Source: Phycisphaeraceae bacterium (GTDB taxonomy: Bacteria > Planctomycetota > Phycisphaerae > Phycisphaerales > Zrk34). Taken from it: a stretch of 43,654 nucleotides of DNA. Shown piece by piece: positions 42,415 to 43,654 of the stretch. Position numbers and translations under genes: made by a program. The stretch covers positions 1 through 43,654 of the forward strand of contig JBBDRF010000033.1 in NCBI GenBank assembly GCA_040905565.1. The letters run 5' to 3'. Under the pieces are notes generated by a model. The model was not told the origin of the DNA. It was given only the letters and a program-made list of their open reading frames with translations, and made no database searches. Within the stretch, counting starts at the first letter, position 1; each line of letters opens with the position of its first letter.

Positions 42415-43344
42415 GTGAGCGATTACACCACATCATGCTTGCTGTTGCAACGCTCGTGTTTGACCGCATTTGCGCTCGGGTTCGTGCTTCTGACCGGTGC
42501 ACCTTCCGCCCAGGCCGCGGCGACGGGCCCTCCGGTGAACAGCTCGCCGTTCGGCACAGATCTGGATGGCGACGGCAGTGTCGAGGTGGCCGGGTCGCGG
42601 ATGTCGCGCCGATTCGAGGCCGAGCACGCCCCGGGGGGGCACACGGGGACTATCTCCTTCAGCTACATGTTCTTAACGTCGGAACATACCGCGGCGGGCA
42701 ATGCCGACGCGTTCCGCATTCGACTCACCGATGACAGTGGAAACGTGCTGAGGCAGTCTGACGGCGCGGTCGCTAAAGGCAGCTATAACGGCAACTTCAC
42801 GCCTTATGACTTCTCGAATCCCGATCTCGCCGGCCCCGCGATTCTCCCCGCGACGGGGTCGAAGCCGCTCTATTATGAAACGGTGCTGAACGACGGTGGG
42901 ATCGGCTGGGGAACATTCACGCACACCTACACGGCTGGGATCACGGGGTTTTTGAGCCTGGAGTTTGTGATCGGCAGTGCGGCGGATCAGGATTACCCCT
43001 CGGCGCTGCTGATCGCGGACGTGAAGCACACAGCGACGTTCGATCAGAACCTCGGCTGGACAAGCGACTTCACGCATCCGAACACCGGCGAAGCGTCCGC
43101 GAACGGGTGGTCGACGACGGGCAACTGGGGCATCTACAGCGACCTGTATGACGCGGCCGGCGACGGGCTGGGCGTGGCGTTTCCGGGTCGAAATTTCATG
43201 GCCTTGAGCACGGCGGCGGAGGCGAGCGCGACGACGCCGACGAGTCCGACCACGCCGATCCCCGAGCCCGGTACGGGCGTCCTTCTGCTCGGCCTGGCGG
43301 GGTTGGCGGGGGCGATGAAGCGGCGCGCGCACCGCCACGTCTGA
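42415..43344 (+). CDS. PEP-CTERM sorting domain-containing exported protein
   Basis: GTG start with GGAGG, signal peptide ending APSAQA, Thr/Pro linker, C-terminal IPEPGTGVLLLGLAGLAGAMKRR. Confidence 0.9.
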   Translation: MSDYTTSCLLLQRSCLTAFALGFVLLTGAPSAQAAATGPPVNSSPFGTDLDGDGSVEVAGSRMSRRFEAEHAPGGHTGTISFSYMFLTSEHTAAGNADAFRIRLTDDSGNVLRQSDGAVAKGSYNGNFTPYDFSNPDLAGPAILPATGSKPLYYETVLNDGGIGWGTFTHTYTAGITGFLSLEFVIGSAADQDYPSALLIADVKHTATFDQNLGWTSDFTHPNTGEASANGWSTTGNWGIYSDLYDAAGDGLGVAFPGRNFMALSTAAEASATTPTSPTTPIPEPGTGVLLLGLAGLAGAMKRRAHRHV

Positions 43345-43386
43345 TCAGCAATTTATTGATGTTTTGCGTCACGCCGAAACCGGCCG

Positions 43387-43447
43387 TAATGGGTCTTGAT
43401 GGTTCGGCAATGCGCGTTAATGGCGGGTAATGGGGTTTAATGGGGAT
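43387..43447. repeat. 10-bp periodic TAATGG direct-repeat array
   Basis: TAATGG at 43387, 43418, 43428 and 43438; variants TGATGG at 43397 and CAATGC at 43408. Confidence 0.6.
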
Positions 43448-43567
43448 CAACCGCAAGGCGTTTGTAGGGCGGCAACTACAGGCTTTTTTGGGTGATTTGC
43501 ACGCCGCTTGTGCGGGGTGTTGTTGGGCACGTGCGCGTGTTTTTAGACTGAGCGTTGGGCTGGATTG

Positions 43568-43592
43568 ACCGGGCTGGGGACAGCCCGGCTCT
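43568..43592. repeat. REP-like palindrome, family B (inverted copy)
   Basis: accgggctggggacagcccggctct; reverse complement agagccgggctgtccccagcccggt. Confidence 0.75.
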
Positions 43593-43654
43593 GTTGGTTG
43601 GGGTGTGGATTGGGGGTGTGTGGGGCCCCCGGGGAACCCGGCCGTCTCGCTGCG

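Noticed and set aside
43497..43511. sigma54-like TTGCAC-N5-TTGT near the right end
   Set aside because: Lacks the invariant -24 GG and -12 GC, and no target gene is visible.

Overview
GC-rich bacterial chromosomal window. Gene content (very long repeat-rich FliD, PEP-CTERM protein, Cys-less CtaA, repeat types) suggests Planctomycetota, probably Phycisphaerae; this is inference. From left to right it holds: the 5' end of an NRAMP-type transporter, an SMP-30/gluconolactonase, DUF423, an MscS channel, a secreted hypothetical protein, an extended heme A synthase, a tripartite RND efflux operon, purA-uppS-cdsA, LysR-gltB-gltD, a 10-gene type IV pilus cluster (pilM-N-O-[P/GspC-like]-B-T-C plus three pilin-like genes, no secretin), a CoA-binding protein, an FKBP PPIase, a fliD-hpt-bPH-fapA unit and a PEP-CTERM gene. 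I see no rRNA, tRNA, CRISPR array or transposase. The best candidate for something new is a ~130-nt structured purA leader lying between a well-spaced sigma70 promoter and an intrinsic terminator. It has tandem GCC..GGT..TAAAA-GGC hairpins and competing pairings, as expected of an undescribed purine-responsive riboswitch or attenuator. Other notable signals are two REP-like palindrome families with compensatory base changes, an inverted heptamer array between uppS and cdsA, sigma28-like promoters in front of pilus genes as well as fliD, a 10-bp phased TAATGG array, and local GC-skew flips. All annotations come from reading motifs by eye, with no database searches.
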